Source of the DNA: Tubiluchus corallicola
Lineage: Eukaryota > Animalia > Priapulida
DNA: 64,000 bases
NCBI GenBank assembly: GCA_030141605.1
Contig: JAQGDQ010000126.1
Span: 124,001 to 188,000 of the forward strand
Direction of reading: 5' to 3'
The position numbers and the translations under genes are program-made. The notes below the pieces were generated by a model. It saw only the letters and a list, made by a program, of their open reading frames with translations. It did no database searches and was not told the origin of the DNA. Shown one piece after another: positions 12,144 to 26,024 of the stretch. How positions within the stretch are numbered: position 1 is the stretch's first letter; each line of letters opens with the position of its first letter.

Positions 12144-12330
12144 ATAACGCTTCATAGTAATCTGCCGTTCAGATGGCAAGGGCTCATAATTTGCCAGATC
12201 AGAGATCGTCTCTGTACCAACAGTGCCGCTAATTGTCAATAAAATGTGGATGCTTCCTGCACCATCTTCAAAATCCTGCCAGATATTGTGCGTCATTTCA
12301 TGCTGTAGTTGGGAAACGTCAATACTACAT
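12144..12330 (-). CDS. MCTP: MCTP exon, end of C2B and linker (R)CSIDVSQLQHEMTHNIWQDFEDGAGSIHILLTISGT...MKRY
   Basis: gatttcag| acceptor and |gtaaga donor. 187 nt, phase-compatible. Confidence 0.93.
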
Positions 12331-13069
12331 CTGAAATCACATGTTAATGACAGTTAATTAAAATGAACAAGAGTTCAGCTTGCAAAAGTCTCAAATAAAA
12401 TGTGCATTTTAAATAAAAATCACCAGATGAGTCTCATGTTCCATTTACTTCACATTCAACAGTGTTCTGATCTTATTCTAAAAGATTTTCTCCATCATCA
12501 CAATTGGAATTCCAAATCATCATGTAGCAGAAGAACACTAGGTATGCAGAAATTACTATTCGTTTATTAACAGCGTAAACATCAGTAGAGTGACAGTAAG
12601 TGAGAAAGAATTAAAAGAACTGTTGCTAATGAAGGATGCACATCTGACATATTTAAGGCAGAGTTTCATGGGGCCACCACTTGCGATGACCGAAAATTTT
12701 CTATGTCTAAAAATTGCCAAACAATCAACAAGCTTTAAACATTTTAAAAATTCCAGCAGAAACCCGCAGCCTTTTGACGACAATGGCGAATATCCACGCA
12801 TGTATTGCGACTATTTCAGAAAATTTGGGAGCATCAAGTTCATTCTCTTCAGTGACACCTGACATCTAGCTTATACTCAGAAGAGTTAAAAAATTTGAGA
12901 GGGGATCCACAGCTTAAAAGTAGCGAGACAATATCTCAAGTAAGCCTACAATTTTCAATGAAGCAGCAGATTTAATTCAGCTTAGAAGAGACGTTTTTTC
13001 AAGATTAATTTAGTGAGTTTAGTATACTTGCAGAACGAAATTCATAAAAGGATATATTTACTCAGTTAC

Positions 13070-13200
13070 CTGCCCATAAAATCATCTTTGGTTCTGATAT
13101 CTTTATCCCAAATGGTCACTTCTAATATCTTTTCTTGGTCTTCATACATGTGCAAGTCAAACTGCTCCAACCATCGTGGATTTAAGGTTTTAAAGGCTAC
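13070..13200 (-). CDS. MCTP: MCTP exon, C2B VAFKTLNPRWLEQFDLHMYEDQEKILEVTIWDKDIRTKDDFMG(R)
   Basis: tactttatag| acceptor and |gtaact donor. C2 Ca2+-binding WDKD..DDFMG motif. Confidence 0.95.
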
Positions 13201-14054
13201 CTATAAAGTAGAAGTATAAAGTAACTTAAAACCTAACCTTAAAATATGTTGTACTTTGGGTAAATTATGTGATATCTTTGTTTTGAACTACAGCTTGAAC
13301 TGCGCAAAAGGAAAGGAAATATTTATGCCGATAACAAAATAAAAATCTAAAACAATATTACTAACAATACATGCAAATACCACAAAATAATTAACGATAC
13401 CAGCTAAAAATTTATATCAAGTGCAAAAGGGCAGCGAAAGAACCAAAGACAGATGGAATAAATGTCATCGTTTATTAAAACATTATTAGAGGGAACTACA
13501 GTTTGTCATTAGCTTGTTTGTCATGTTTGGACTTGACTCTCAGGACCTAATAATTACCTAAGATCTAAACACTGTTCAGGTTGTCTCATAGTAGCAATTC
13601 AGTTCACATCTTTTATTTTTAAGAAACAAAGTGGACTTTTGAAAAAAAAAGCCAAAAAATGAAACAAATCTTTTTGACAGTTCTTTAGTAGAATTAGATG
13701 AAAATCTGAGATGGATAAGAACTACATCACTGGAAGGCTCGACTGATGATATGCACCACCTTCAAGAAACTTCAGTTAATGATTAACATCAGCATCAGCA
13801 TTTCATTTTAAATGTTTGTGCAATAATCTCTAACTATTATTTCAAATTTTCTGAAGGGGTCTTGGTCCTATTGCTTAAACCGTTCTGTAGTCTCATGAGA
13901 AATCTTGATGATGGACCGAATCTGTCAAATCACTGCATTCCACTCTAGAGGATATCAGTGACCATTGCCCGCCAATAAAGCAGATGGGAACTTTATGAGA
14001 AGAGAGTCTCTTACAGCTTGATATAATAATGGTGACCCAGTTAAAGCTCAAATA

Positions 14055-14187
14055 CTACAGTCGTCCTCTGTGAAATATGTAGATGCACGGTGTTCACTAC
14101 AGTCGTCCTCTGTGAAATATGTAGATGCACGGTGTTCACTACAGTCGTCCTCTGTGAAATATGTAGATGCACGGTGTTCACTACAGT
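14055..14187. repeat. 42-bp perfect tandem repeat, 3 copies plus a partial
   Basis: Unit ACTACAGTCGTCCTCTGTGAAATATGTAGATGCACGGTGTTC. Confidence 0.95.
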
Positions 14188-14369
14188 TCTGCTTTTCTTT
14201 CAAATATGTAGCCTTCACATTTCACGATTCAAAGCAGCATTTTTTGTCTTTTGCTGCTTAGGTTTTAACCTAATTTGCAGTTTTCCAAGATAAACAATAG
14301 CAGTTATAGGCAATAATCTTTTGCTCATAGCCTTTGTGCCAGAGCCATACAGAAGCTGCTTCGTCCTGC

Positions 14370-15210
14370 TATGGTGAATGTGCTAAGTAATGTGACTTAC
14401 ATTCACAAGGCAAATACTAGCAATCATTAGCCACTCAAATTAATACGCATCCAAAATTATTTTGGTACCAGGCCAATTCTAAAACTAAAGGTGCTTCACG
14501 TACTTTTCAGTTGCAAAGCAATGCTAATGAAGGTATATCAAAATGTGTTACCTTACATTTTGGATATAACAATCAAGCACGCCTGTCAAGTTTGGTCACG
14601 TCACTATCAACGAGATATTGATCTTTTGGAAAATGCTTAGTCTATGGTTATCCCAGTTTAGTTATAATGATCCCTTTTTACATAGTCTCTTCAGCCTCTT
14701 TACATTAAGCATCAACGAGCTGACTTGATTCTTGCTTACCAGTTGCTCAGTGGTCTTGCTGATTAAGACTACAGACGTCTTTCTGAGTTGACTAGCGATA
14801 CAAGGTTTGACAGTGTAATTTAAAGCTTACAAAGTCTCAAGTTCGACTCAATGTGCGTTTGTACAGTTTTGCATGTCGAGTAATAAATGTATGGAGTTCT
14901 TTGCTACTTGAAGCTGTAAATGCCCCTAGTTTAACTACTTTTAACTCGTCCTCACAGTCATCTCCACCAAAGCTCGTAATGTTTTTTATAATGTTGTACT
15001 TGCTGTTAATTGTTATTGTCATAGGTATGTAAAGTTTAATACTAATGAATATACTTACATTATTGTACTGTATGATAGGCTGCACGTTATGTATGATGTG
15101 TGCTGTCTCCTTCGAACAAGGACCACTTTGGGTAACTTAAATTATTGTACTTGTTGTAGTTTTTGCTTACTAGTAGAGCTACAATTACCCATAAATAATA
15201 ATAATAATGT
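14370..15210 (+). mobile_element. Second, oppositely oriented deleted copy of the LINE family at 6990-8240
   Basis: ~14385-14535 matches the reverse complement of ~8025-8180, and ~14795-15210 matches the reverse complement of ~6990-7390. Ends in (TAA)n. Confidence 0.85.
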
Positions 15211-15472
15211 TTAATTAAGTTGTTTTTATGCAAACAATGTATTTTGTGAAAGTGTTTGGTTTTATTTTCAGTTTAAAGGAACTTATTAGGTTTTCAACAT
15301 ATCACTATCACTAGTTAACAGTACTGCACGCTTCAATGCAGGTTTTCATACAGTTTTTAATTATGATATTTTTCAGCTTTTGCATTAATGGATATCACTT
15401 CTAAAAGCAGCTTTTGCATATGGTATCACGTTGACAACATTTTCCAAATTCTGCTCATCAATCAATCATCAC

Positions 15473-15646
15473 CTTGCTTTTAAATTTCTCATTGCCCAGT
15501 CGAAATTTTACGTAAGGATCAGACAGTCCATTAGCATCCATGGGTAGCAGATTCCTGCCTTCCACTAAAACTATAGTGATGACACTGGACCAAATTTGAC
15601 TCTTCAACTTCCCTGTACTCTCCGTTAAATGTGATGATTGTCTGAG
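15473..15646 (-). CDS. MCTP: MCTP exon, start of C2B LRQSSHLTESTGKLKSQIWSSVITIVLVEGRNLLPMDANGLSDPYVKFRLGNEKFKSK
   Basis: cttttctttgtag| acceptor and |gtgatg donor. 174 nt, phase 0-0. Confidence 0.95.
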
Positions 15647-16888
15647 CTACAAAGAAAAGCATCATTAAAATACCTGTAAGGATGGAGAAAAACTAACCAC
15701 AGAACAATTCTACAAACAAATACACGACACTCAAAACTTTTAATTCATTGAACAATCTGTATTCATGTGAGCAAGGCGAGTAACACAATGAAAAATTTTT
15801 GTTTCACTTTTATCACTTTCATATCTACAGCATAGACCCTTTTACGTTTTCAATTCTGTCTTAAACAAGTTCAACATGGTTTGCAAGCATAAATTGAAAA
15901 GCATTTCACAGTTTTGCCCTGCAGTATCTAACTGAGCTCAATTCACATGTTGTTGAGCAGCATTAACGTTTTCAAGTTCTCACTATTCACTGATCCTCAT
16001 TTGAAATAAATGTTGTATATAAATCAGTGTTGGAGTGCCTATACACATTTATTACTAATAATCACACCCTCCTTAAAGCTGGAACTGCACACATTTTAAT
16101 AATTTCTAAGATCAGACATTCAGGGAGTTCGTAACTTCGGCGAACTATACAACTAGGGGAAAATTTATAAGAGCGAAAATTGTTAAATATGCTCGAAAAG
16201 CTCTCCAATCAGTCCTAAAAAACTGACTGTCTGGGTCACTGGTGAGCATGGGAAATTTTAAAATGTTTAAAGTTGGTCGCTAAAATCGCAAAACTCGTCA
16301 CCTCGCCAAAACTTTTGAAAACCTCATTTTGTGTAGTCTTGAACAGTTTTGAAAGTTGAGATCACAAGATAATTTTGATAGCCATTTAGGTATAGTCAAA
16401 CTTAACACCTCTATGCCAAGTGGAAAAAAATAGGTGACTTTTGATAGTATTTGGGTGATTTTTGCCATTAAGGGCAAAGGTGCACAAAACACGTATTTAA
16501 TCGTACTGTACTTCATTAAAAGTATGTATGTGAAATTTAGACTTACAAACTTCTAATTAATGCGTAACTTTCGTCACATGCATACTTATATTATATTAAA
16601 TATGCACAACGTCTAACACATGCATCTTCATCTATTCTATTTCTGAGGGATTTCCTAAGCAAAGCCTTACGTCTTTACGGTTATAACAACGAAAAACTTA
16701 ATGAAAAAAATACGAAAAAAATAAGATGGGATCGCACCTAAAGCTCCCTGGATGTGTTTAGCAAATTCTCAAAATTATTTGCATTTTCAAAAACTTATTT
16801 AGTCAGATTGAGATTCTATATCGGTAAGGATATTAAAAATTGTAATAGCACGTGTTTTTTTGCTCTTTTTTGAATTCACGTGAAGGCA

Positions 16889-17293
16889 CCGTGTTGTAGT
16901 ACGTGAGTCTCATACTTGGACTCGAGTCAGGTTGGAGTCGCAATTTGCCTTAGACTCAATTGCTTGAACAGTAAAATAACAATTACATTTCAATCTCACA
17001 ATTGATCCATGTTTGTATTATGCTTAAAATGTAATTCTTAAAATCTCTAAGTTCACTCACAGTGTTGGCATCTATGTTATGCAAAAACTTTTTTGTATTA
17101 TACCGGCGTTAAACGTACCCTCCACACTGCATGAGAAAAATTCAAAATGTACCAACACAAGTTTTTAACAGCAGGTTTATTAAACTGGCTAATAAAGTAT
17201 TTAGTTGCAAAGCTACTAATACAACTTGGATTTGAATCCCGAAAACTTGGGAATCGACTTGGACTTCAGCTGAAAGATTTGATTACAATACTG
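16889..17293. mobile_element. Degenerate hAT-like MITE with GACTCGAGTC/GACTTG subterminal repeats; related end at ~19087-19260
   Basis: Termini resemble CAGTGTTGTA. 17245-17294 is the reverse complement of 19086-19135. No clear TSD. Confidence 0.45.
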
Positions 17294-20200
17294 GTTTACA
17301 CCATTGAATAAAACATCACATGTTCATATTTCTTTAATCCGGGATGTTTTTATTAATAACTACAGTAATAAAATAATTTTATTTAGTGTCAATTTTGTTT
17401 TTCTCCTTGTGCTCAAACCAAAATGTTTTTAATTATTCAAAGAAGGGAAAGATACTAGAATTAGGTGATGAAAAGTCACTTCATTACTGCAAAAAGTGTT
17501 GACAAAAGTGTAAAGTTATTAATATAGTCAGCAAACATTAATATGAACTTTATTTAAACACTAAGAAGCATTGGATCATTTGCTTACTTAGTTTTTTCTG
17601 CCCATCGGCTGATATCAAGTACTATCATGACAAAGCATTCTTGTGCCAAATTTCAGCTTCTTAATTGCTCTGCTAAGTTACAGCCCTTTTCAAAATCAGC
17701 TGCTCTAAATGCCTGAACCACCCCCGTGCAAGCATACACATATTTATATATGTTTTGCTCGAACACATTTCAAAAAATTTAAGAACTTTAGTACATGCTG
17801 TTTCAAAAGATGATATTCCATCGGTTCCCTTAAGCCACTGAACAGTTTTTCTGCAATAGTGATCTACTGTGATATCCGATTTTTAAAAAAATCTCACACC
17901 ACCTACACCATGCCGCATAAAAAAATTGCACAATGTTGGAACTGCGTGAAATCACAAATGCTATTAAGTCCACCAACTAATGATCAATAATGCACAAACA
18001 TTCTACATAATTCTTGCTTTCTGCTCCTGGAATGATGTCGATAAGCTAGCCTTGGACAGATATGCATTTACGGTTGCCATATAATCCAAATTTTTGAAAA
18101 AATTTAGTATGTATTGTTTGCCTCACAGCGAGTTTTTTATTACATGAAGAACAACGAAAATGACACAGGGTATCATGGCGAAAGCAATCTATTCATAAAG
18201 GTTGTGACACAAGCGAATAGCTCAAATACAAACATTTTAACACCTATACTAATGCCAATGCATTTCTGATTAGTAAATAATAGGCTAAAAACTTAATTAA
18301 TGGCAGGTGAGCACAGTCAGTATGACATCACAGATGAACACAATTTTCAACAGCAAAAACATTCCCATGAGCATGTTGCACGTGTTTACGAAAGCGAAAA
18401 TTGAAGTACAAGGCTACTATACAACGTTCAGTGCGATACCCAAAAGCTAGGCATCAGTATTTCAAGTTTAAAATTCAAACTTCAAGTTTACTGCTGTGCT
18501 CATGCACGAGTTCTCAAATGTGTGAGGTATGTCACAACCAAACTTTTCTGAACTGAGAGGTACAGTGTCTGGTTTTTGTGCAACACGTTTCCGAAATATA
18601 GGCGCTAGTGCTCATCTAACTAGCGAGTGGCAAAATGCATGTAACAGCAAAAAACTAGTTGCGCAAATGCGAAATTACGTTTTTGAGGTAATTTTTCTTT
18701 CACTAAGTCATTCTTGAAATAGTATGTTCCATTTCAATATTTTATAGAGTAGATTGTTTTGAGCTACAGTTTACGATTGGGTCTGGGTTATCCTTTAAGG
18801 AAAATAACAACCAAATTCTTTACAGCCGCAACATTCAGAGACAAAGGCCCACATGTTTGTATCTGCGAATCTGCAGGGTCCACAAAGAATGGTTCGGCTT
18901 TGCTACAAGATCCATGGACGCTATATAATAATTAGTAAGCATGAATTCATGAGGTCTGCCTCAACAAAAACGATAATTTCTAAAAACGAGATATTGATTT
19001 AAATTGATTAGGTTGTTTGTGGGACTATGAAAGTTTGTTGGGCATGAACACCTACCCTGAGAGACTACTTGCATGAGATTTTTGGCCAGTGCTGTGGTAA
19101 GTCTTTCAGCTAAAGTCCAAGTCAAGTTCCAAGTCCTTGGAGTTTAAGTCACTCAGCCAGAGTCGAGTCTCTAGTCATTATGCATAAGTCCAAATCAAAT
19201 CTCTAGTCATTGCACCCAAGTGCAAGTCTCGATTCATTGAGTTTACACTTAAGTCATCTTCATGTTGTATCTTCAACTTCAAATTAAATTTCAAGTCAAA
19301 TTAATCCAAGTTTTAATCAATCAAGTTCATGCTTAATAGTAGTAAACTGTTCTTGTTAATTTTAGTGTTGTTTTGCTTATTACTACAATAAATTACAAAC
19401 ATTTTAAATTTTGTTATATATCAGAGTATCTATGCAAGACAAAATTATTTTACAAATGGTTTCATATTTTAATAGTAATTTTACAATGGCGTTATAACTG
19501 AGCATCTATAACATAAGTGATCTAGCTGCAGCTCAATTTAGTTTGTTTTCGATTGTAAAAGTTGGATCTGTGACACTGCCAGGCCCATAAACATTGGGGT
19601 CCACAGGTCTGCATATTTTTGATAATATTAGTGAACAGAAAGGTCAAAAATTTTGTTCTAGTCAAACTTATTTCCTAAACCACACGTATGTTGAGAATGC
19701 AGCATGGCGGCTGGCTACTATAGTGTTGTGTCTTCAAGAAAAGGCTACCTCTTAACAATGTTCAAGGCCTCCAAAATGTTAAGTTCTAGGACTCTTAGTT
19801 ACACAATCATCTTGAAACAGGATTTCAAGTCCCCAGTACCTGAAGAGTTGCACTCTTGGTCAAGAAACAAGAATTCCTGAGTGTATACAGGTAACTTGTT
19901 GCACATATGTTGCTTGGTTTGGCCATGAAGAACATCGTAGACATTAGACAGCAGTACAGACTATACAGACTTACAGACATTACAGAATTACAGACATTAC
20001 AGAATTACAGACACAGAAATACTATATATATATATTAGTATATTGGACGTCACGGCAACAGGGGTGGCAAGGACCTCACTAACAGAAAATACTACCAATC
20101 GTCTATTTTTTTGGTGAAATGCAGTGGGCGCTTATCACTAAATTGAAGTTTAAACTTTAAAAAAGAGGAGAAGGAAGCAGGTTCCTCTTTGTCAAAGCTA

Positions 20201-22409
20201 TCTCACTACTGGAAGGAAATGCCACACTGAAATCACTCATGGTAGCCATTTTATGGAGTTGGTCCTTGGTGGCCATACTCCTGGGGGAAATGCAACCAGC
20301 TGAAACTACTATTGTAAGGTCTATGTAAAAGAGTGAGGAAAGTAGAAATATTGGGCTTGCAGCACATTATTATTTTATTATATACAGAATTTATATAGCA
20401 CTCCAAATATATAAAAATACTCATTCGCACTTTACATGATAAAATTGCTAATATTTAGAAAGCTTTAATTAAACAAAAACAAGCAAAGATTTGTAAAGCC
20501 TATAATTTTTGCAACTATACACATTATAAGGAAACTCTACACACACCAGAAAAAGAATCAAAAATCTGAAAAAAACTAATGTAAAACTATTTAGCAAATG
20601 CAGACAAAATTAAAATCACATTTAATTTCCAGATTCTAATTTAAAAAGATGTGTCATGAGTGTTCTACTGTTCAGTAGAAGGCTCTTTCAAACAGGAGGA
20701 ATGGCATGAGAAAAGACAAGCATACCTAAGGCTTTTGTTTGTGTTCTAGGCACAACAAGTACATTTTTATTACCACACCTTTAAGTGTGTGGATGGTAAG
20801 TAAACACTATAATCAGGTCTGCAAGATAGTATGGGCTTGACTCTATTCTATGTATAATAATAGCATATTTGGCTGATAGACATAAACATGTGTAAGCAAG
20901 CTTGTGCTGCATACATGTTGACATTTTGCCATCGCTCCCCCTGCATGTATAAACACCCAAAAAACAATATCTAAAGTTAACTTTCTTTCACTTCAACAGT
21001 GAAGAAGTACAGAGTGCAGACTATACGAAAAATTGGTACACACTATTTGTCACAAAAGCGACATAATTTGTTGAATGGTTAATATACCTAAAACTTGGTT
21101 TCTGTCTGTAAAGATCATCAATGTTGTGCTAAAATGTAATTATTTTGTAAAATATAGACAACTTGTGTATATTTGTGTATGTGTGTGTGTGCAGCTATAA
21201 AAAGAGACTGCCTAAAGCACAATTAATTTGGAGCATGGTTATAAATTTAATGAAGAATTGCTTTGCTCACAAAACTTGACAAGACATACCTATATTCTTA
21301 AATACTTAATACTAAATTTTTTAATAGTAGAACAAAACCATTAACGCCTACATTAAGGGTAGCACTGCTATTTCGAAAAAAAAACAACTAATGAAGGTGC
21401 ATACAACATAAAATAAACTTCAACTTCTCAAGCAATCATCATCACAGAGCTAACATAAAACATAAATGACAAAAAGCTATTGAAGTGCGAGATTCCTATT
21501 CAGCTGGGGGGGGGGGGTGGTAGGTAAGAACTATGACTTGAACATTTGCAACTATAGCTGTTATAAAGGCAGGTTTTTTCATACAAAATGTTATGTTAGG
21601 TGACGAGTGACATCTTTTGGGCAATGTCTCTCCTTTGCAGGAATGTGGTGAGGGAAGGATGTTCTAGGATGGTGGGTACAGTGGGGTAATCCAAGTTAGC
21701 TCAATTACAGCGGATTGTCACTTTCCAATCCAACAATGAAAACACTAACAGATCCAAAATTTGAACAATTGCAACTATAGATAATATTATAACGACAGAT
21801 TTTGTCCTGAAAATGTCAAGTGTAGATATTAGATGATGGGTGACAAATTTAGGGAGATGAATTGCAATGACTCTCCCTCTTTTAGCGTAGGATTCAGGAT
21901 GGCGGGTATAGTGACATAATGCTAGCCAGCACAATGCAGTGAATTAGACAGCTAGGGTGGCAAATCTTTACTAGAAGCATATGTGTAGCACCTTGTATCA
22001 AATGCTACAATCCTCAAGGTGTCAAACATGAGAGCCAGGGGACCTGCAGCATCTGCTTATTTAATGGGACTGTTCTTGTGTTCAGTTACGCATACTATTT
22101 TCATATTGCAAAAATAAGAAATTGTATTTAGTGATCATTTGTGCTTTTTCTTCTTCACCTAAAAATAGTCCATAGTAGTGGATTGAAATGTTATATCTTT
22201 TCTTTGGTTTTATTGTGGAACTTTTTACCAATTGCATCTATACTTATCATTTAGACTTATCCCCATGTTTAATAATAAATGTTGACTCCTAAACAAGGCC
22301 TTTCGTTAAGAATCACCCAACAAATAAGATTTCACAGTTGCTACAATATTTAGATATTAGCCAAGGGGGGCAAAAAAAATTTTGCACATAAACCCACAAT
22401 AACAAACCA

Positions 22410-22590
22410 TACCACATCCACCACCCCACACCACACCACCCACAGCACTGCACCAACATCACCCACAACACACCACATCTACGCCCACCACACTAGCCAT
22501 ACCACATCTTCCATACCACAACACCCACACCACACCATCCACATTACACCACACCCACCACACTACACCAGACCCACCACATCACATGGT
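22410..22590. repeat. CA-rich low-complexity (CACAC)n-like tract
   Basis: Directly visible in the sequence. Confidence 0.8.
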
Positions 22591-23320
22591 GATCATGATG
22601 ATGATGATGACAACACAAACAACACCAACAGCACAGCATCATAACGAAGCCTCTTAGACCCATCCACCGATGAGTAATAATGCATGGACATTCTACACAG
22701 TGTTTGTTTGCAAATACTCCTTTCGATTATATTAATAGTTTAACATTATAATACTTACATTATAAAAGCCAGCAGCAGCTTTTACTGAACAAAATTATAG
22801 GCAGAGTACAAAGGAATGACATCATAAATGAACAATGGCTTTGCGCCATCAGTTTTCCAAGCAAGAGTTACTCAAAATGGAACCCTTGGTGGAGGCATCG
22901 TAAATTTCACCCACGCCATCATGTAGCCATGTATCTCCTTCCGAGAGTCCCACCAGCCACCACTAGAATGTTTTTCTGCAGGCTGTTTGGTCAAAATTTG
23001 GAAAAAATCGGGAGTTGAGGTTGGGATGTCGTGGCGCTCCAGGGAATTGTAAATATGCCTATAACACCCCATCGCAGAACGGGCTATATGACTATTACCA
23101 GCACCTTACCCGGCCCATTCCAGACCTCTAGAAATAAAAGGCATAAGTTTTGCAAAAAACGCTCAGTAAAGGGCATTTTTGAAGGTCTTTCGCCTTCTGT
23201 TCCTCCCGGTGGACCTGAGTTGAAAAACCACCAATGGTAAATCTGTGGGCCGAGACCTTTCATTTGATCATCAAAAATGATGCCGTTGTCGAAGCAGTAG
23301 CTTCGTCGGTTATGTATATG

Positions 23321-23357
<37 letters not shown>

Positions 23358-23828
23358 TACCGTAGCTATATACCTATATTTACATACAAAGACAGCCAAA
23401 AAGGCGTAGCTAGCAATGTCAGTAAAGCCTCAGGTTCGATTTCACAATGTGCACTTCTATGTTGGTTGGCTTACTAATTCTGAAGCAAGACTGGAATTGG
23501 ATTCGTTTGGTAGGAAGCAAAAATTATTGTAAATTTCCTTTTCATATTTTAAGCAACACCTTATTATGTGCATATATTGTGTAATAATTTTAATATTTTT
23601 GATTGAATTTCAAAAATGCACTGAATTTCATTCTTTCATTCTTCTTTAGCAAGACATGACTTTTAATAAAATCATGTAAAAATATAAATTATTGCCAAGT
23701 ATTATTCACAGTAATAATTGAAAAAAGGTAAAACTTAAACATGTACAAGTTACAAACCATAAATGTTGTTTGGGCAAATTAAACTTCAACAAAATCTTAA
23801 CGAAATTAAGTATCACTTTCAGCTGTAC

Positions 23829-23937
23829 CTGATCTTTCTCTTCCTGAGTTTTTGGAGTGAGATTCACAGTTAGTGTGATAAAGCCCATGTACAAGTCTTT
23901 TCCTGGTTCACTTAAGTTCAGCTTCACATTTGTGGGC
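23829..23937 (-). CDS. MCTP: MCTP exon, end of C2A (V)PTNVKLNLSEPGKDLYMGFITLTVNLTPKTQEEKDQ
   Basis: aattacag| acceptor and |gtacag donor. 109 nt, phase-compatible. Confidence 0.9.
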
Positions 23938-24339
23938 CTGTAATTTCAGATAGAAATACCTTTTGAAATTGAAAGTAACATCATTTAGTTTTATAGGCAG
24001 ACAGGATTTACACTACATCTGCAGTATAAAGAGACAGCCTATGTTTTTCCCAGTATCACATTTTGACAATAATTGTGTTGTAATTACACAAAAGTGCATA
24101 AAGGCTTTAGTTGCAGCAATTTGACTATACTCATATAGCTGCTAAGCTATTTCATTGCCATAGCCAACTGCAGCACTAACCTGAGGCAACAGCCTAGGAT
24201 TTGTCTATTTTGAGTTTTCAAAGTGACCAGTCAAACCGACTATATATCTACTATTACACCAGGTCCTATTGCAGGTCATTTCATAGATGCAAAATTCTCC
24301 ATTATGCTTAACTTCTGACTGACAGATCGGTACTGCCTT

Positions 24340-24920
24340 TGAAGCAAGTTTCTGATAACAGATTGACTTGGCATCAGTAATACCAACCATTACATCCAAA
24401 TATGGCAATTTGCCATTAGTGCTAACTTCCATCATAATTTTTAGAAAGCATTTGTCAAAATGTACTAGAACTCTGTTCAATAATTCGGAAAATACGTTGG
24501 GATATACAAAACCATTGCCTGTTCACTCTCATTAGCCTGTTTGCTAGGCAGTTCCAAGCAATCAGGTTATCATAGAAATGAAAGTCGTTAGTAGTTATGA
24601 AACTAGGTCTTATCCAACAATATCAGAGCTCCCTCTGGTAACAATTTATTTGACAGTACAATGACGCTGTTTTCTAGTCTCCCCAAACAAGGTACCTAAA
24701 TTGAAAGATGTGTGTGTTGGCCATTTTGGTTTCAAACTTTCTGCTTTTTTTCTAAAAAAACCTTACTATTTTTCGTTGCACATGTTGAAAAGTCTCTATT
24801 TTCTCTCTAATATTGTTTTTTACACATTTCCTTGTCAATAAGTTTCTGTGATAACCTGAAAGCTTGGAACTGCCTATCAAACAGGCTAATAAGAGTGAAC
24901 ACCTAATGGCTTTGTATAAA
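24340..24920 (-). mobile_element. Penelope-like retroelement remnant with an inverted duplication
   Basis: MEVSTNGKLPYLDVMV resembles the PLE RT motif FTxExExxxxLPFLDV. 24503-24578 and 24843-24918 are inverted copies. Confidence 0.55.
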
Positions 24921-26024
24921 AGAATAGCCTACAGGCTCTGTTATCCTGCAGGCTATTAAAATGGATTTAAAATGGAAACAAATGGGAATTTGTTTTAACG
25001 CGAGTACTATATGCGTTTTAGACTGCTACTAAATAAATAAATCTCTAAGCTATTTTCTCTAGAAATAAATAAATCCCATTTCTTGATCTTTAAAACTTCA
25101 ATCCTCTGGTATACAGATCTTGCAAATGATTTTAAAAAAGCTTATAGTAAATAATGCACACAAACCATCTACATAGTGCTTGTCTGTTATTTTTGCATTC
25201 TCTGGCCCTTTAACGATGGTAATAGGCAGATAGATGTAATGTGCACTCTCATGATCAAGCTTGCTTATGAGCAAAGGACAAATAAAATTATAATCAACGT
25301 CCTACATAGAGTTCATCTACTCTCTTTGACTTTCTGATGGTAATAATATGCTCATAGATACAACTATATACATTTTGATTATAGATATAGTCACACATGC
25401 TGTAAGCAACTTACAAGCAAAGGTTACAGTTATAGGCCAGAGTATAATTGACAATGTCACAATAATGTTACATGTCATGGATTTCCTTATGAGAGAAAGA
25501 ATTCCCCAAAAATAGAACCCGGAACTAAAGAACTGGGATTTGCACTGGTGGAGACATCTTGAAAAGAAGTAGCTCAGTTCTTCCTCTTTCTAAAGTGAGT
25601 TACAAATATTTTTGTACATGGTGATCGACCAAAGCTTAGAAAAAATTTAAACGGCTGAGTTTGGGAAAATGCCAATTGGCTTCCCAAGAGCTCTAAACAG
25701 ACCTCCTTACAAGCACCATTGAATGTGCTACCTAACCATCCCTGGTGTCTTTCCTTGCACTCAAAATAAGGAATGCAAGAATTGCAAAAAATGGGCTCTT
25801 TCCACCTGCTGTGCCTTTTGTTAGTTGTGACTCGAAACTAATTCTTCTTTCGCCCACATGTCACAATCATTTTATTAGATGATTGTGGATGGTCAGTTTA
25901 TTATGTGTAATAGCAAAAGAAGCGGCAAATATTCAACATATTTGTTCCCATGTGGTGAAGAAAAATTATGCTAGTTAGTAATAATAGGGAAGATATGCTA
26001 AGCAGTTGTGTTCACACAACTTAC

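Noticed and set aside
14055-14187. CRISPR-like appearance of regular repeats
   Set aside because: Head-to-tail units with no spacers, in a eukaryotic intron, with no cas genes.
16071-18800. TTAA-flanked, Kolobok-like termini
   Set aside because: The two ends match only over CCTTAAAG, so no convincing TIR pair. Probably mixed DNA-transposon debris.
22868-23285. GC-richer island with short ORFs
   Set aside because: No splice-compatible frame or recognisable domain. Likely an unclassified repeat.
23400-23460. GGTTCGATT B-box suggesting a tRNA or SINE
   Set aside because: No cloverleaf or clear A-box.
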